Shown one piece after another: positions 35,632 through 50,462 of a DNA stretch of 64,000 nt. This DNA comes from Cirrosporium novae-zelandiae (Eukaryota). Each line of letters starts with the position of its first letter. Within the stretch, counting starts at the first letter, position 1. A program made the translations under genes and the position numbers. The DNA lies in assembly GCA_026023565.1 (NCBI GenBank), contig JAPETS010000011.1, positions 620,001 to 684,000 on the forward strand. The letters run 5' to 3'. Under the pieces are notes generated by a model. The model searched no databases and had not been told where the DNA came from. It was given only the letters and a program-made list of their open reading frames with translations.

Positions 35632-38600
35632 ATGGATTCCATACTGGATGATTCCATCTTTGACGCGGCTGAGGATTCTGATGATTTCGCGCCTGAACCA
35701 GTACAGGTAAATCCATACTGACTTGTCAAGTGTCGACTTTTAAACTGACACCTACGGATAGAAACCGAAGAAAGCCACCAAAGCCACCAAAGCAGCGCCA
35801 AAGAAAGCTGCAAAAACAACTACCAAGAAGATGACCCAAACAACTCTCAAGTCTACCAAAGCGAAGAGCGCATCTTCAAAAAAGCGCTCTAAACCAGAAA
35901 CCGACGACGATAACGATGATGCAGCACCGGAACCGAATGGAGATGATGAATCATTACTATTAGATACCCCGCCAAGTGAGAAGAAAAGGAAGAAGAACCC
36001 ACCTGCTGGGCGCAAGGGGACTGGTAAAGCTTTGCATCCAGTAGAAAACGATGCAATGGGGCTGGATGGAGCCGATGACTCTAAATCAAAAGCCAATAGC
36101 TCATCGGATCAATATCAAAAACTCACTCAACTTGAACATATCTTGAAGAGACCAGACACATATGTTGGGTCCATCGAGCATGACAAGAGGCCAATGTGGG
36201 TTTACAACTCGGAAACAGAGTCAATGGAAATGCGTGAAGTCAACTTTGTACCTGGGTTGTACAAAATCTTCGATGAAATTCTTGTGAACGCTGCGGATAA
36301 CAAGCAAAGAGATAAGAACATGGATACCATCAAGGTAACAATCGATAGAGCAAAAGGAGAAATAAGTGTTTATAACAACGGTCGAGGGATTCCTGTCGAG
36401 ATTCATGATGTAAGGATTCCTCTCTTTTTCTTTGCAAGCAATTACTAAGTGATATTGTACACAGAAAGAGCAAATTTACATCCCTGAGATGATTTTCGGT
36501 CATCTTCTTACGTCATCAAATTATGATGATGAGCAACAGAAGGTCACTGGTGGAAGGAATGGATTCGGAGCAAAGCTCTGTAACATATTTAGCACAGAGT
36601 TTACCGTCGAAACCATTGATTCACGGATGAAAAAGAAGTACAGGCAAACCTGGACGGACAACATGAGCCAGATGGAGAAAGCCAAGATCACAGTAGCAAA
36701 AGGAGACAGTTATACAAAGATCATTTTCACACCAGACTACAAGAGGTTTGGTATGGAAGGAATTGATGACGACTTCGAAGCTCTTGTCAAACGCCGAGTT
36801 TATGATTTGGCTGGTACTGTCAAGGTTTCTGTGCACTTAAATGGAGCCAAAATTACTGGAGTTCGTAACTTCAAGAAGTACATGGAAATGTACACCAAAG
36901 CTATCAAGATGGAACGTGGAGAAGAGGCAGTGAACGATAGCACAGAGATTGTCACTGATAACCCTGACCCGCGCTGGGAGATTGGATTTGCTGTCTCTGA
37001 TGGTTCCTTTCAGCAGGTGTCATTTGTGAATTCAATCGCAACAACCTCTGGAGGGACTCATGTCAACTACATTAGCGACCAGATTTGCACCAAACTTCTT
37101 AGTATCGTCAACAAGAAGAACAAGGGTGGTGCAGCACTCAAAGTCCCCCAAATCCGAAACCACATATTCCTCTTCATCAATTGTATGATTGTCAACCCAG
37201 CTTTCAATTCCCAGACCAAAGAACAACTTACGACCAAGTCAAGCCAGTTTGGAAGCAAATGTGTTCTTAGTGATCAATTTCTCAACAAGATTGCAAAAAC
37301 GCAGGTTATTCTAAATATTCTTGACTTTGCGCAGAGAAAGGCAGATCAAATCTTGAGAAAGGGTGATGGACATGGCCGCAAAAGAATCTCCAATGCCAAG
37401 TTGGTTGACGCTAATAAAGCTGGCACCAAAGATGGGCACAGGTGTACATTGATCCTGACCGAAGGAGAATCAGCCAAAGGTTTAGCTATTGCTGGTCGAG
37501 CTGTGGTTGATCCAGATCTCTTTGGAGTATTCCCACTTCGAGGCAAGCTTCTCAATGTTCGTGATGCCTCTGTCGATCAAGTGGCCAAAAATGTCGAAAT
37601 CCAGAGTATCAAAAACTTTTTTGGTCTACAGCACAAAAAGCAATACGCTGATACCAAGGGCTTACGATATGGCCATTTGATGATCATGACCGATCAAGAT
37701 CACGATGGAAGTCATATTAAGGGGCTAATTATCAACTTCCTTCAGGTTGCTTTCCCAAGCTTGTTGAAGATTCCCGAATTCCTTCATGAATTCATTACTC
37801 CAATCGTCAAGGTTTATAAGGGTGACCCCAAGAAACCAAAGGCAATGCACTCATTCTTCACGATACCAGAGTACGAATCATGGATAGAGGAGCATGGGCA
37901 TGAAAAAGGATGGGAACACAAATACTACAAGGGTCTCGGAACCAGTACAACCCAAGATGCTCAAGTATATTTCCGAGATCTGGACAAACATCTCAAGGTC
38001 TTCCATACTATGCAGGACGAAGAAGCACCCTTGATTGAACTAGCATTCTCGAAATATAAGGCAGATGAACGAAAGGAATGGCTTCGCCAGTTCAAGCCGG
38101 GAACTTATTTGGATCATTCAGTCAAGGAGATCACGTATCATGACTTCGTCCACAAAGAACTTATTCTTTTCAGTATGGCAGATAACATGCGATCTATCCC
38201 GTCGGTAGTAGATGGTTTCAAGCCTGGCCAACGCAAGGTGATGTTCACTAGTTTCAAACGCAATCTCAAGAAAGATATAAAGGTGGTGGAACTTGCTGGT
38301 TTGGTATCAGGGCTTACTGCTTACCAACACGGTGATGTGTCCTTGCAGCAAACAATTGTTGGGTTGGCCCAAACTTTTGTTGGGTCGAACAACATCAACG
38401 TTCTAGAACCAAGCGGGAATTTCGGTAGTCGGCTTCAAGGAGGCAGTGATTGTGCATCTGCACGTTACATCTACACCCGTCTCTCCCCTTTTGCCAGGAA
38501 GATCTTTCACCCTGCAGACGATCCTCTATTGGTTTATAACGTCGATGACGGCAAGAAGATTGAACCAGAAATGTACATTCCTGTGGTTCCAATGGCTCTC

Positions 38601-40894
38601 ATCAACGGTGCAGATGGTATTGGGACCGGCTGGAGTACCTCGATCCCTAATTACAATCCCGAAGACGTTGTGGAAAATCTTAAGCTTCTCATGGATGGTC
38701 AAGACCCGAAGCCAATGATTCCTTGGTTTCGAGGATTTAAGGGGGATGTAACCCAAGTTGCGCCAGACCGATTCAAGTTCTCTGGTATCATTACCCAAAT
38801 AAAGGACACAGAAGTTCAGATTACAGAGTTGCCCATCCGAATGTGGACGCAAGATTTCAAAAGCAAACTAGAGGAAATCATCAAAGCGGAAAAAACTCCA
38901 TCCTTTATCAAAGATTATAGAGACAACAACAGTCACACAGATGTAGATTTTGTCATTCAGATGGAAGAAAAGCATATGAAGATTGCCCTTGAAGAAGGCC
39001 TGGAAGAGAAGTTCAAACTGTACAAATCCATTGCAACCTCAAATCTTGTTGCTTTTGACCCAGAGGGGAGAATTCACAAATATGCTAGTGCGGAGGACAT
39101 ATTAAAAGAATTTTTCCTTGTCCGGATCAGGTATTACGAGAAGCGCAAGGTACGTCTTTAATCACCAATTCTCTAATCAGCGACTAACAGTACCCTAGCA
39201 ATGCCAACTCTCAGAGCTCCAGAAACAACTTGATAAATTCAGTAACCAAGCACGCTTTGTTCAAATGATCATAGACGGAAAACTGGTCGTTTCCAAGAAA
39301 AAGAAATCCGTCTTGATTGTAGAGCTGCAAAAGCTGGGCTTTAAGGCTTTACCAAAGATTGAAGACGCCATCAAGGAAGGTGAAATTGTTCCTATTGCTG
39401 ATAAAGATGAGACAGAGGAGGAGGAAGATGAGAAGATAGGCGCTGATGCTTATGATTACCTCCTTGGCGTAAGTAGACATCATCTAGGCTCAACGAGGAT
39501 TGACACTAACTGTATGACAGATGCCTATCTGGTCGTTGACCAAAGAACGTGTGGAAAAGCTCCTTCAACAAATTGGTGATAGGGAGACTGAGATCGATGC
39601 CCTGATCAAGCTTAGTAAAGAAGATCTCTGGAAGAGGGACCTTGAGGAATTCCTCGAGGTATGGCGAGCCGAATTGGATGAAGAGAGAGCGATCCGAAGA
39701 AAGAACTTAAACATGGGTCGCAGAGCTTCTATGAAGTTGAAGATTGCAGGAAAAGGCGTAGCAGCAAGAAAGCGCAAGAACGAAGATGAGGATGATGACG
39801 ACTTTGTGGTTTCGAAGTCAAAGAAAGCTACCAAATCAAAAGCTAGCCAAAGCCAGGAAAAGAGCAGCTTATTGTCATATCTCACGAAAACATCTGGACC
39901 CTCGAAAGCAAAGGAAAAGTCGTCTACGCCATCTATTGCACAAGCCGATGGTTCCAAGGATTCCGATGATTCAGCCATGGCTCCTGTTGTTTCTAAAAGA
40001 GGGCGAACAGCAGCGAAGAATAAAAAGGTCAAAGACGAAGACGAGTCTGATGCCTCTATAAAACCGGTAAAGGCTACCAACTCTCGACGTGCAGCTACCA
40101 GGAAGCCCATTAAGTATGAGATTTCAAGTGACGATGATGATGACATTGGTGATGATCTTCTCGGAGATGTTAGCAAAATGGTCAAAGGAATTGGTGGATC
40201 CTCGGGTGAAGTCGCTCCCAGCGCAAAGACCTTTTTCTCGGCATCTTCAGCAACGAGACCCGGTAGTAGCGGAGGCCTTCAAATACCCGCTTCAAGGCCA
40301 TCCAAGCTAAGCGCAGATATTTCAGATGACGAAACCGACTACGCCAAGCTTTTACAAGGATCTCCACGGAAATCCATAGCAGGAGGTGCGGGTACTATCA
40401 ACTTATCTGATAATGAATACGACTCTTTCAATTTTGGCTCCACTAAACCGTCTTCAACGGATAAAAAGTTAGAGCCAAAAGCGGCAGCCAAGGCGGTTCC
40501 AAAGGTCACTCCGAAGGTTGCTCCAAAGAAGAGAGGCCCAGTCAAGAAACCCGCAACTAGTGCTGCTCCAGCAAAGAAGGTTCCATTGTCTCCCGCAGCT
40601 AAAGTATATGCTACAAAGCAGGCCAAAGGCAAACAGCGGAAAATCATCGACTCTGACGATGAGGAGGAGGCGGATGACCTCGATGCGCTTGCCAACGATA
40701 TTCTAGACTCGGATTCGCCACCCGAAGCGGACGAAGCAGAAAGTTCACCACCTCCTAGAGCCGTAGCATCTCGTAGAGGATTACGTGGAGGTGCCGCGAA
40801 GAAGAAATATGTCATAGAGGATGAAGAGGACGAAGATGAAGAGGAGAGCGAGGAAGCTGATGATTTTTCCGACGACTTTGATGATGATGACTAG
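35632..40894 (+). CDS. top2: DNA topoisomerase II
   Basis: YQKLTQLEHILKRPDTYVGS, EILVNAADN, TGGRNGFGAKLCN, ILTEGESAK, PLRGKLLN, IMTDQDHDGSHIKG, YYKGLGTS, catalytic ASARYIYT, Lys/acidic C-terminal tail. Four introns: ~35708-35761, ~36410-36463, ~39150-39198, ~39469-39520. Confidence 0.98.
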
Positions 40895-43800
40895 ACGGAC
40901 GGAGTCGAATGAGGAGTGGCGGTATCATAGAATTTTTGGTTGAAGGAGCAAAAACTCTGGCGTATGGGAGTTGTTGTTGTCCCGGATTTTTCTTTATCAA
41001 GTTTTATCAAGGCTGATACCGAATTAGTAGCTAGGGGGGTAGTGAAGGAGCAATGTTTACAAATGCGATGAGTTGAAAGTGGTTTTTTATGTTATTGAAA
41101 CTCGATATGCTTAATTATGCGTTATTGGAATGGGTCGATTAAGGGGTGTCTCTATCCTTTGAATATCTTTTCTTTTTTTCTTTTTCTTTTAGATGATTTT
41201 TAAAGATTCTTCAAAATGCTATTTGTGTCTCGTCACTTGCCTACAGTAAAGTATTATTACTAATCCAGTTCCTTGTCTAGTTCAGGTAAACCATAGGATG
41301 AGCAAATTGTCCTTGTTCTGACTCCCATCCTCATTTTTGATTTTGGGGAATTGTTCATGTAATCACGTAGACATCATATAAACTCCCCCTTACCATCAAA
41401 CAACGAAAAGAAGAATAAAAAAACTACACCTCTTTTCCCCTCCCTTCCCTTTCCCATCCTTCAAGCCCCAAAAACAACCCTCCATCCACATTAACCCAAA
41501 CCAACAACCTAAACAAGCAAACAAGCAAACAGCCCCCCCCCCTTCCACCTCTCATAACCAAAACCGCAAAGTAAAAAGTTCAAAAAAATAGAAATTATGC
41601 GCATGTTGGCTACCTACCTAATCTATTACAATATTAGTAACACACACGCTCCCTCCCTCCCTCACTCCCTCGGCAACCCCATAATCATCAACTACTTGTA
41701 ATTACAAGATCCGAAATTTCTCGAAATAGGAAACCCGGGACCGAGAGAGAGAAAGAAAAAAAAGAGAGAAATCCGGGGTAAACGGCTCGCGCACGCGTGT
41801 GCGCATTGTCCATGTGCTCGTTGTTGTGCGCATGTATCTGTGCACATTTTTGGTGTAGCTTTGCATGTATAAATGAGTGTGGATCGTCGCGTGGTATGTA
41901 TGTTGGTGTTTTGTTTTACGTTGTACGTTGTACATCGTACATCTTTTTTTGTGGTTGGAGTTGTTGAAGTTGTGGTGGTGATGATGGTGAGATGGCCATG
42001 GTGGTCGGACAGCTAGGATGCCTCAAGGATCGGAGTGGAGTGAAGTTGTTGAGTCCGTTCGTCCGTCCGTCTGTCTGGCTGTCGGTTGTGTAGGTAGGTT
42101 TGGTGGGTTGGTCGTACGGTACCGAATCACAGAAATGGGTATTAATAATTTACCTTGGTATTTTTCATTATTAAAAGAAGGAGGGATGGAGTTGTTCGGT
42201 TTTTGGGGATCCGGGCCCGCGAGATTTACTAGATTGATGGATAAGCCTTACCCATTACCTTATCTTAAACACCTTCCTTTCTAGATGGTACATCAACGGA
42301 AGATCAAGTCTGGGATGTGATGTGTTCGTGTTTGGGGTACCCCCGCCTCGCACTGCCCTACGGACATACATCCAGATATAGATATATCGGTCCATTCGAA
42401 ACAGTAGTGATGAAACCGATTTCCAGGATTTTTTACCAATCCAAAGGTTGGATGCGGGCGGAGCATATTCTAAGTTTTTTGGGAAATCCCCCTTTGGAAC
42501 GACCGAGGAAGGGGAAAAGGGAAATGAAAAGAAAGAGGTACAGGATAATTTGGGGGGGACCAGTCGGGAGGACGGGATGGGGATTGGCCTTGGTTTCTTT
42601 ATTTTGTTGTTGCCAGGGGCAGGGGAAGGTGGGAAAGGCGAATTGTGATTAGATCCGGACGAAAGGGCTGAATTTCGTGTTGCGTACTCGAGTGTTGATA
42701 TTTTTGATTTTTTTTTCGTGAGATGCCTAATTTTGATGGCATGGATGGATGTACCGGAGCGGTAGTTTTGTTGTGAACTGGCGTACAGAGAACCATTGTT
42801 CAATATGGAAATAGCTATTACTCCAAGAGGTGGTTTATTTAAGGCACGGCTCGAGAATTATTTCTGGAGTAAAAGAGGAAGGCGCAGGGTAAGTAGGAAG
42901 AGGAGAGGGGGCTTAGGGCTTTTGGATCCTCACACAAGGAGAAAGGAAACTATGTTGTCCTTCTCTTTCTGGACTTCTGCTAGCGTATAACATATGCACC
43001 ATTCCATTTCTCTTTCCCCTCAGATCCCTGTAGATATGTGACATGCGTGACGCATGTCATACTCATGCGGATACCTAACCAGTGAGGCGCACAGTGCTAC
43101 TAGAATGTTTTTAGTAATAATGCTCATGCAATGTCACGGATAGAAGCCTTCTAGAAAGCCGTTAGAAGCTTGCTTTGTGTAACGTTTAGGAGATTGAAGG
43201 AACAGAGACAGGGGTTAGGCTAAGAGGGTGTCTTGGTCCTATCGGATAATAAAAAGCGGGTAAATGCAGTGACCAGGTGTTTGGTTAGGCCCATTGGACT
43301 TTGCACCCATGGGGGCCGGGGGAGGGGAAAGAAAAAAAGGGAAACCGCGTGGATATACATGGGACAGAGAGGAGAATGCGATGTAGTACTATGAAAAAGA
43401 GGGAAATAGAGACGACCAAAAACACGGAGGAGCTTCCTGTTCGAGATTTGGATGCTCTAGATTGGACAGGGTAAAGCTGATTAAATAGAATTGAGATGAG
43501 AAATGCGGAGACCCCGAGTCTGATGCGAGTTATCAGTTACCTAGGTTGTCTGATGATGCCGATAGCATTCTTAGAATGTGCTTTTGAACACTCGTTGCTT
43601 GGCTTTTATCGCGGATCACGAATCTCAAGGGTTCGAATGTTATCGTCATGTTGAAGTTAGAAAGGATTTGCGGAGATGAGAAATTGTGGGTTAGCCTGTT
43701 GAGTAGCTGATGTAAATTGGGGAAGGACAAAGGTTTGATAGGTCGGGAAGTGTTCCACGCGACAATCAGCACTTCGACAGAACTGCCTAATTAGATAAAG

Positions 43801-45169
43801 CAAGTCAATGTTAGGAAATGAATGAAAGAGCGGTGGTAGGTAAAAAAGGGCAAATGCATTGGAGAGTATTCCATAAGGAAAAGCCATAGGGCAAAGCTAT
43901 TAGAAGGTTCTGACGACGATACTTCCGATGCATGTTCCCGAGACTACCAAGTCAACGCAGCCCTAGTACCTACTTGCTGGCACTGATGGCGCCCAAGCTT
44001 GCGGGACAAACTTGAACCTTTGGTGTTGTTGTTCTGCCGTTCAGGCACTAGCGCAGCCATGTTTCTACACTCTTGCTCTTTGAGACTTGCCCCGTTTGAA
44101 TTCGCTCTTCACCTTTCAAGAGGAAAAAGAGGCGGTGGAGGCTTGCTGGGGCATTTAGGGCAGCCGCGTTTGAAGAAGATTTGTTTTTGATGGACATTCA
44201 CGGGAGCAAGCAGTCCTGTGTGAGACAGGCTGGAGTCGAAGCCTTTAATGTTCTGTTGATGCTGGTTGTCGGTAGGTTATCAGTTGGTGACAGTAGTAGA
44301 TCTATCTGCTTGCAGAATGAGGGAATGGGATGGAGATAACGAGGCACGGGAAGCGGGTGCAACGAAAAGAAGATATATTTACATCTGCACTTTTTCTCGG
44401 ACGAGTTTCCAATCCAAATCGTTTTCTCTCGCATTTCTTCCTCAGATATATTTTTCTCTGCTTTTTTGAGACATCTCTTGTTAGTCGTCCTTTCACCGAC
44501 CTCTATCCAACCCAACTTCATGCACACGATTGTTGGGCCAATCCATTCACCGCTTGCCAGACAAGCCTTGTGCCTTTCCTCGATGCCCAGGTCACAAGCT
44601 AAGTGGCTCGCGCGCCCGGGACAAACAGACGCAGATCTCCTCCCGGAAGATATCCCACCATCGTCCCCTCCATCTTCTTAGAAGGATCACTACCGCGGTC
44701 CCTCTTGTAACGAAAATTGTTAATGAGAGAGAGCAAAGCAGAAGCTCTTGAGACAGAACACAGACCAACTTCTCGTCCGAACGCCTTTCTTTCTTAAACC
44801 CGGCGTCGGGGCTATTTCTTTCTTTCCATTTCTGCAGAAGTTTTCCAGAAGTTCCTTAGACACCACTTTGAATGTTAGACGAGCATATGCTGAAGCAGAG
44901 ACCTGCATTTGGTATCGTTCTGGCTTTGATTGCATTCTTTGACTCGTTTAGTGAATTTGTTGGAATTGGCCTATTAAGAACTCTACCTCGTCCTCGCGTT
45001 TGTCTCTCTCCACCACGAAGTCACATTCACTCTACTCCAATAAATCGGGCATCACTGCCTCGTTGTTGCCTGCGGGGGTTACACTTGATTTAAGTATTCT
45101 TTCCTGACTATTCTTCCGACTATTATCCCCAAACTTGGTTTTATCATCTCTTCGACTGTGTTGGGCAAA

Positions 45170-46631
45170 ATGTCTTCCGTTGCTTCTCTCCTCAACCCTC
45201 TGCCAGCAAGAGTAGAAAGACACTCCTATCGAAGATCACCTAGTCCTTGCTCAAGCGCAACATATACTTCTGACTTTGCATCACCACCCCCTCTTAAAAA
45301 GCAGAAGACCAGCAAAGATTCTGCTGTCTTCGTAAAGGGCAAGATTAGGGGAGAAGTCAGATATCCGCCATGTGAATACCAAGATGAGAAACTTGCAGCA
45401 GAGTATGAGAAGCTCAAAATCTTCCCAATGGGACATATTGGCGATTACCCTAGACATATCCCTTACAATAGCGAAAAGAAATCATTCTTGGATAAGACTG
45501 GGAGGGAGAGTTTTGAAGGTTAGATATGACATGTTCAGCATTTTCAGTCAAATCCGTCTGACTTCATGGCTGCAGTGTTCCAGTACACGTTTCAGAGGCC
45601 CGGGGAAGAAAAGGAGTATAATGTGATGTGGGATTATAATATTGGTCTCGTTAGGATAACACCATTCTTCAAATGCTGCAAGTATTCAAAGGTCAATATT
45701 CTCACTTTAATCCCAAGATCTAGACTGATCAGTCCAGACAACTCCTGCGAAGATGTTAAACAGCAACCCTGGCCTACGAGATATATGCCACAGCATAACC
45801 GGCGGAGCGCTAGCAGCACAAGGTATGTTATCGTTTGACAGCATTATCTCCAATCAGAGCTAATTTTGAAAAGGATACTGGATGCCATTTGAAGCAGCAA
45901 AAGCGGTTGCTGCGACTTTCTGTTGGAGTATTCGTTATGCATTAACCCCAATCTTTGGAGTGGCCTTCCTCAGCATGTGTATACCTCTTAATGACCCTAG
46001 ATTTGGAAAGATGGTCATTGATCCTGACATCATTCGCCGCTGCACTGCAGAGGCTCATTCTATGCGTATCCTTGAAGGGAGGCCATCGTCAAGAGCAACT
46101 TCCGCGACCAAGAGCCCACAAACACCACCAATGTCTGATATTCCTTTCTGGTCAATGAAATCCCTTAGACCGAAGCCTCTCAGATTTGGCCATGACACCG
46201 GGTACAGCACGGATACAAGCGATGAATATGTCATTTCCCCTTCGACATCTTCAATGAGGAACGGCTGGACCCCAGCGAACATTCCCAGGTCAACAGCCAA
46301 TGAATTGGATACTCGTCTTCCGTCTCCAAGGGCAATCCTTGCTTCTATGCGCGCAGCGCGGGAGAGGGACAACGTTGCACATATGAGCGATAGCTCTAGT
46401 AGTGAGGAGAGTGCCGTAATCCAGAGGCAGCCTCGCAGGAGGTTGGACGAGAATTATGATGCAAGTTCTTCAGCAGAGTCCATAGAACCAGTTGCGGAAT
46501 TATGTGCGCAGAAAAAGAAGCCCAGCATGACAGCAGAAGCACGGGCAGCTTATGCACTGTTAAGGATTCAAGCTGAGGATACGAAGATCAAGGATGAGGG
46601 CTTAACTAAGCGTCGACGAGCTTCCACGTGA
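45170..46631 (+). CDS. APSES/KilA-N domain transcription factor, Xbp1-like
   Basis: Four exons. The spliced domain reads VFQYTF...[69 protein letters not shown]; the N-terminus is SVASLLNP. Confidence 0.9.
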
Positions 46632-47125
46632 CATATGATAAACATGAAGAGTTTGGGCTGTGATGAAAGTGATGACATGAAGTGATGTTAACGTTATTTA
46701 TGAAGGATAGAGTACACACCTTAGTTTGGCGTCTGGCTGCATTTCTTTTCTTCTATCCTTTCGGATTGATTCTGTACGATATAGGGATTCAATGGACTGA
46801 TAGGATTTCTTATTCATTTGGTTTTTTTTTTTCAACCCAAAATCGATTGAGATTGTAACTAAAAGAATAAAAAAGATTGCAAACAAGAGGTTAATTCTAT
46901 GAGATATGTTCTTTGTTTCCTGAAGAGCTAGGAAGATATGTATCCTCGTCATTCAGGATGGCTTTCAATTGCCCCTTCGGCAAGTATTGAGCCGCGGTCC
47001 GATTCAAACCTCCGCGATGACCGGAACAGTCAATAATTTTTGGCCCATCACCTTCATGCCCAAAAGGATCCACAATCAAGTAGGTATCTACCTAGGTATC
47101 TAAATCAAGACTCTTATATCCGGGA

Positions 47126-49051
47126 ATGCGCTGGGCCTTCCAAACTAGGACCGCCACCCTAGTAGGTCGACGCTACTCGTCCATACGATATTACAGCAGA
47201 ATCAAGCCTCCCCCGCTTTCAGCCCAATTGAAGTACGTTAGAGCATCAAAAGAGATGGAAACAAGGGACAGTAACTCAGCAATAGTGGATTACTCCCAGT
47301 GGAATACCACCGATTTGGTCCAGAGGGTTCTTGAGTTGGAAAAGCAATTAAAAAAACAGACACAGAAGTAGGCGTTAGCATGCAATTTACATGAGACGAT
47401 TTAGCATACTGAGCAGCCAAATTTCAGATTCTCTTCCTTGACATCCCCAACGGTCCCCAGACCCCCCTCACCTTCTCCTTCTCCCGGATCTCAAGCGCGC
47501 AAAACTCGCAAATTTGATCACTCGAAGTATTCTACCCGTCTAATTGCGCTCAAGTTCGCTTACCTTGGGCAACGTTACAATGGATTCGAACATCATAACA
47601 ATAATAAAACACCATTGCCTTCAGTCGAAGAGGAATTGTGGAAGGCTCTTGTGAAGGCGCATTTGATATTACCCTCGGCGCAAGATGTAGTAGAAGGAAA
47701 CATTAACTGGGATGGCTGTGAATACTCGAAATGTGGCAGGACAGATAGAGGAGTCAGTGCTTTCGGGCAGGTCATTGGGATTAGGGTCAGGAGCAATAGA
47801 CTAAGCCCTAAAGCTGAGGTTATTGAGGGCGAATCTGATGTTACTGATAAAACTTCTATGCTTTGCGACAATACTGCAGCAGAGACTACACCAAGCGACC
47901 CACCCCCCTTCGACCCCATAAAAGACGAGCTTCCCTACATGCAGATTCTCAACCGCCTCCTCCCAGAAGACATCAGAGTCCTGGCCTGGTGCCCCAGCCC
48001 ACCTTTAGACTTCTCCGCCCGCCTCTCCTGCAAAGAACGACGGTATCGGTATTTCTTCACACAACCCGCCTTCGCCCCAACACCGGGACCCCATGGACTC
48101 AACCATAATGGCAAACGGGACGGATGGCTTGATATAGAAGCGATGAGAGAAGGCGCAAAATACTTCGAAGGTCTCCACGACTTCAGGAACTTTTGCAAGA
48201 TAGATCCAAGCAAGCAAATCACCAATTTCCAGAGACGGATATTCCACACTTCCATCGAAGCCCTAGATCCACGAAGGGAGCCTGTAGGATATGTCAGCCG
48301 ACCAGAATTCCGAAACACAGGTGATGTCGATAATATACCCCACAATCCAGACCACCCATCATCATTATCGTCCTCCTCCTCTTCACAGCCTCCCCAAATC
48401 TACAGCTTCAATCTCCACGGCTCCGCCTTCCTCTGGCACCAAGTCCGCCACATGATCGCCATCCTCTTCCTTATCGGACAAGGACTCGAATCCCCCTCCA
48501 TAATCCCCCACCTCCTCGACATCTCCAAAAACCCAGCCAAACCCTTCTACGAAATGGCAACCGACGCGCCCCTGGTCCTCTGGGACTGCATATTCCCATC
48601 CCTGGAACAAGGAATCGACCATCCAGCAGAAAGCCAACCCGATTCGCTCGAATGGGTCTACGTAGGTGATCCCCGCGGCAAGACGAGCACATCATCAACC
48701 AAAAGCGACGGGAAGTTTGGGTATGGGGGCGTGGCGGATGATGTGTGGAGAATTTGGAGACGGAGGAAGATGGATGAGATTTTGGCGGGGACGTTGCTGG
48801 ATGTGGTGGTGGGGTCTGGGCCTAGGAGGTGGGATTTGGACCAGGTTCGAGCGGGTCCGCCTAGGAGTACCTTGTTCTTTGATGGGGGGAATGGGTCCAG
48901 AGCTACGGGGAAATATGTGCAGTTGTTGCAGAGGAAAAGGGGGGAGAGGGTGGAGGTTGTTAATGCGAGGTATGCGGCTAAAAAGGGGTTGGATGTCGAG
49001 CAGCAACAGCAGCAGCAATCTGCTTTAGAGGTTCAGGCGGCTACAGCGTAG
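47126..49051 (+). CDS. deg1: tRNA pseudouridine(38/39) synthase, TruA family
   Basis: Intron ~47368-47427. IALKFAYLGQRYNG, YSKCGRTDRGVSAFGQV (catalytic Asp), LNRLLPEDIR, FSARLSCKERRYRYFF, GLHDFRNFCK, GSAFLWHQVRHM. Confidence 0.93.
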
Positions 49052-50462
49052 TGAAAGGGTCTCGTTTGAATGACTAGAAAGCTATACACTAGAATTTGTT
49101 TCTAATTGATGTTTGGATAGATACGTCACCGATTCAGAATTATGATACATTATAGTAGATTAATCATCTAAATGGTTTATCGATGCCCTACTGGACCTCC
49201 AACCACCTCCGTCCACATTGATCGGATAATAGCAGTACCCAAAACCCAGAGCCCAGAACAGGAACTTGGTTTTGATCCTCAATCGGTAAATAGTCACTTG
49301 TATACATATTTCCAGACCTGCTTGCATGACTGCATCCACTCCATACCATTTGTAAACATGTTCGTATGCATAGATTCCTGGTTATTATACAGCCCTTGAA
49401 TCAACACTCCATGCTACCAGCGATTACATCCCTCTTCCTTAGTATAGAGTATCTCCCATTCATGGGTTTTCAAAGATTCTTTCCATCTAGATGTTTCGCA
49501 CTAGCATGTATAATAAAGTGGCTCTCGGTGGGACCGGTTTTCCTGCTTGCTGTACGAACGAAACTTCCAGTATTATCGACCAAGGACGGTTTCATCTCAT
49601 TATCGAAAGAGGACGCCCTTGTCGTGGAGATGTCTTGCTTTCCTAGTATACTCCTCCAGCAACCTCCATACCATAAGCGGGATATAATAAGAAGGAAAAG
49701 GAGGAGTAGCATAACACAGGTCACATATAATCTTGGAGAGCAGCTCAGATCTTAATCCGTGTTGCATTTTATCACTCCTGGGGGTACCCTTTTAGCGATC
49801 ACTACAGGGTAGCAGTAGCTAAACGGTATCAAGGTGCGTCTCCTAGTAGATCGATGTATTTCACGGATAACAAGAGAGTCTAGGAACACCACATGTACTC
49901 AATATCTTTGAAGGGCGACACTCTTTGATCTTAAAACGTGAGATTATCCTGGCCAAAACAACACTTCTTCTTTGGAATCTGAAAGCTGAACGGCGAAAAC
50001 CTATGATCCTTCTTATGATTTCCTTTGTGAAGCCTATCCTCTTGAATCCCCCAATGCTAGATTTCAGATCCTTTGAGTTGCCTTTTTATTTTTAGATAGG
50101 CGATGTGATAGCAAAACTTCTTCGTAAATGGCTACTCCAGAATATTGAAATAATGGGGTTAACTCTTCGAGAGACACATGACTTGATAGTGTTAGGAGTA
50201 TGGATGTAGAGGTCAGGCGTAAGATAGGGAGGCCATGATTGGTAAATGATGATCCATAGAAATTTTAGGGTCCAAAGTTGCTCGTCGTAAAGGTCTTGAC
50301 CTCCTTGAGGACTTTTCAATGACGAAGCAGCTTAATCTCGAATGGCAGCTAAATTTTGATGGGACTTCTGCCGGAGTAATCTTGCAAGACTTCTGGACCA
50401 TTGAGATCAACTCAGAACAATCTAATAGGGTTGAAAGGGTATGGAAGGCTCAGAGTCAAATC

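Noticed and set aside
41702..45093. Many short ORFs between TOP2 and the APSES gene
   Set aside because: No recognisable motifs and low complexity. More likely the long upstream region of a transcription-factor gene.
49172..50450. Short ORFs between DEG1 and GPI15
   Set aside because: No family motifs or coherent splice model. A decayed gene is possible but unsupported.
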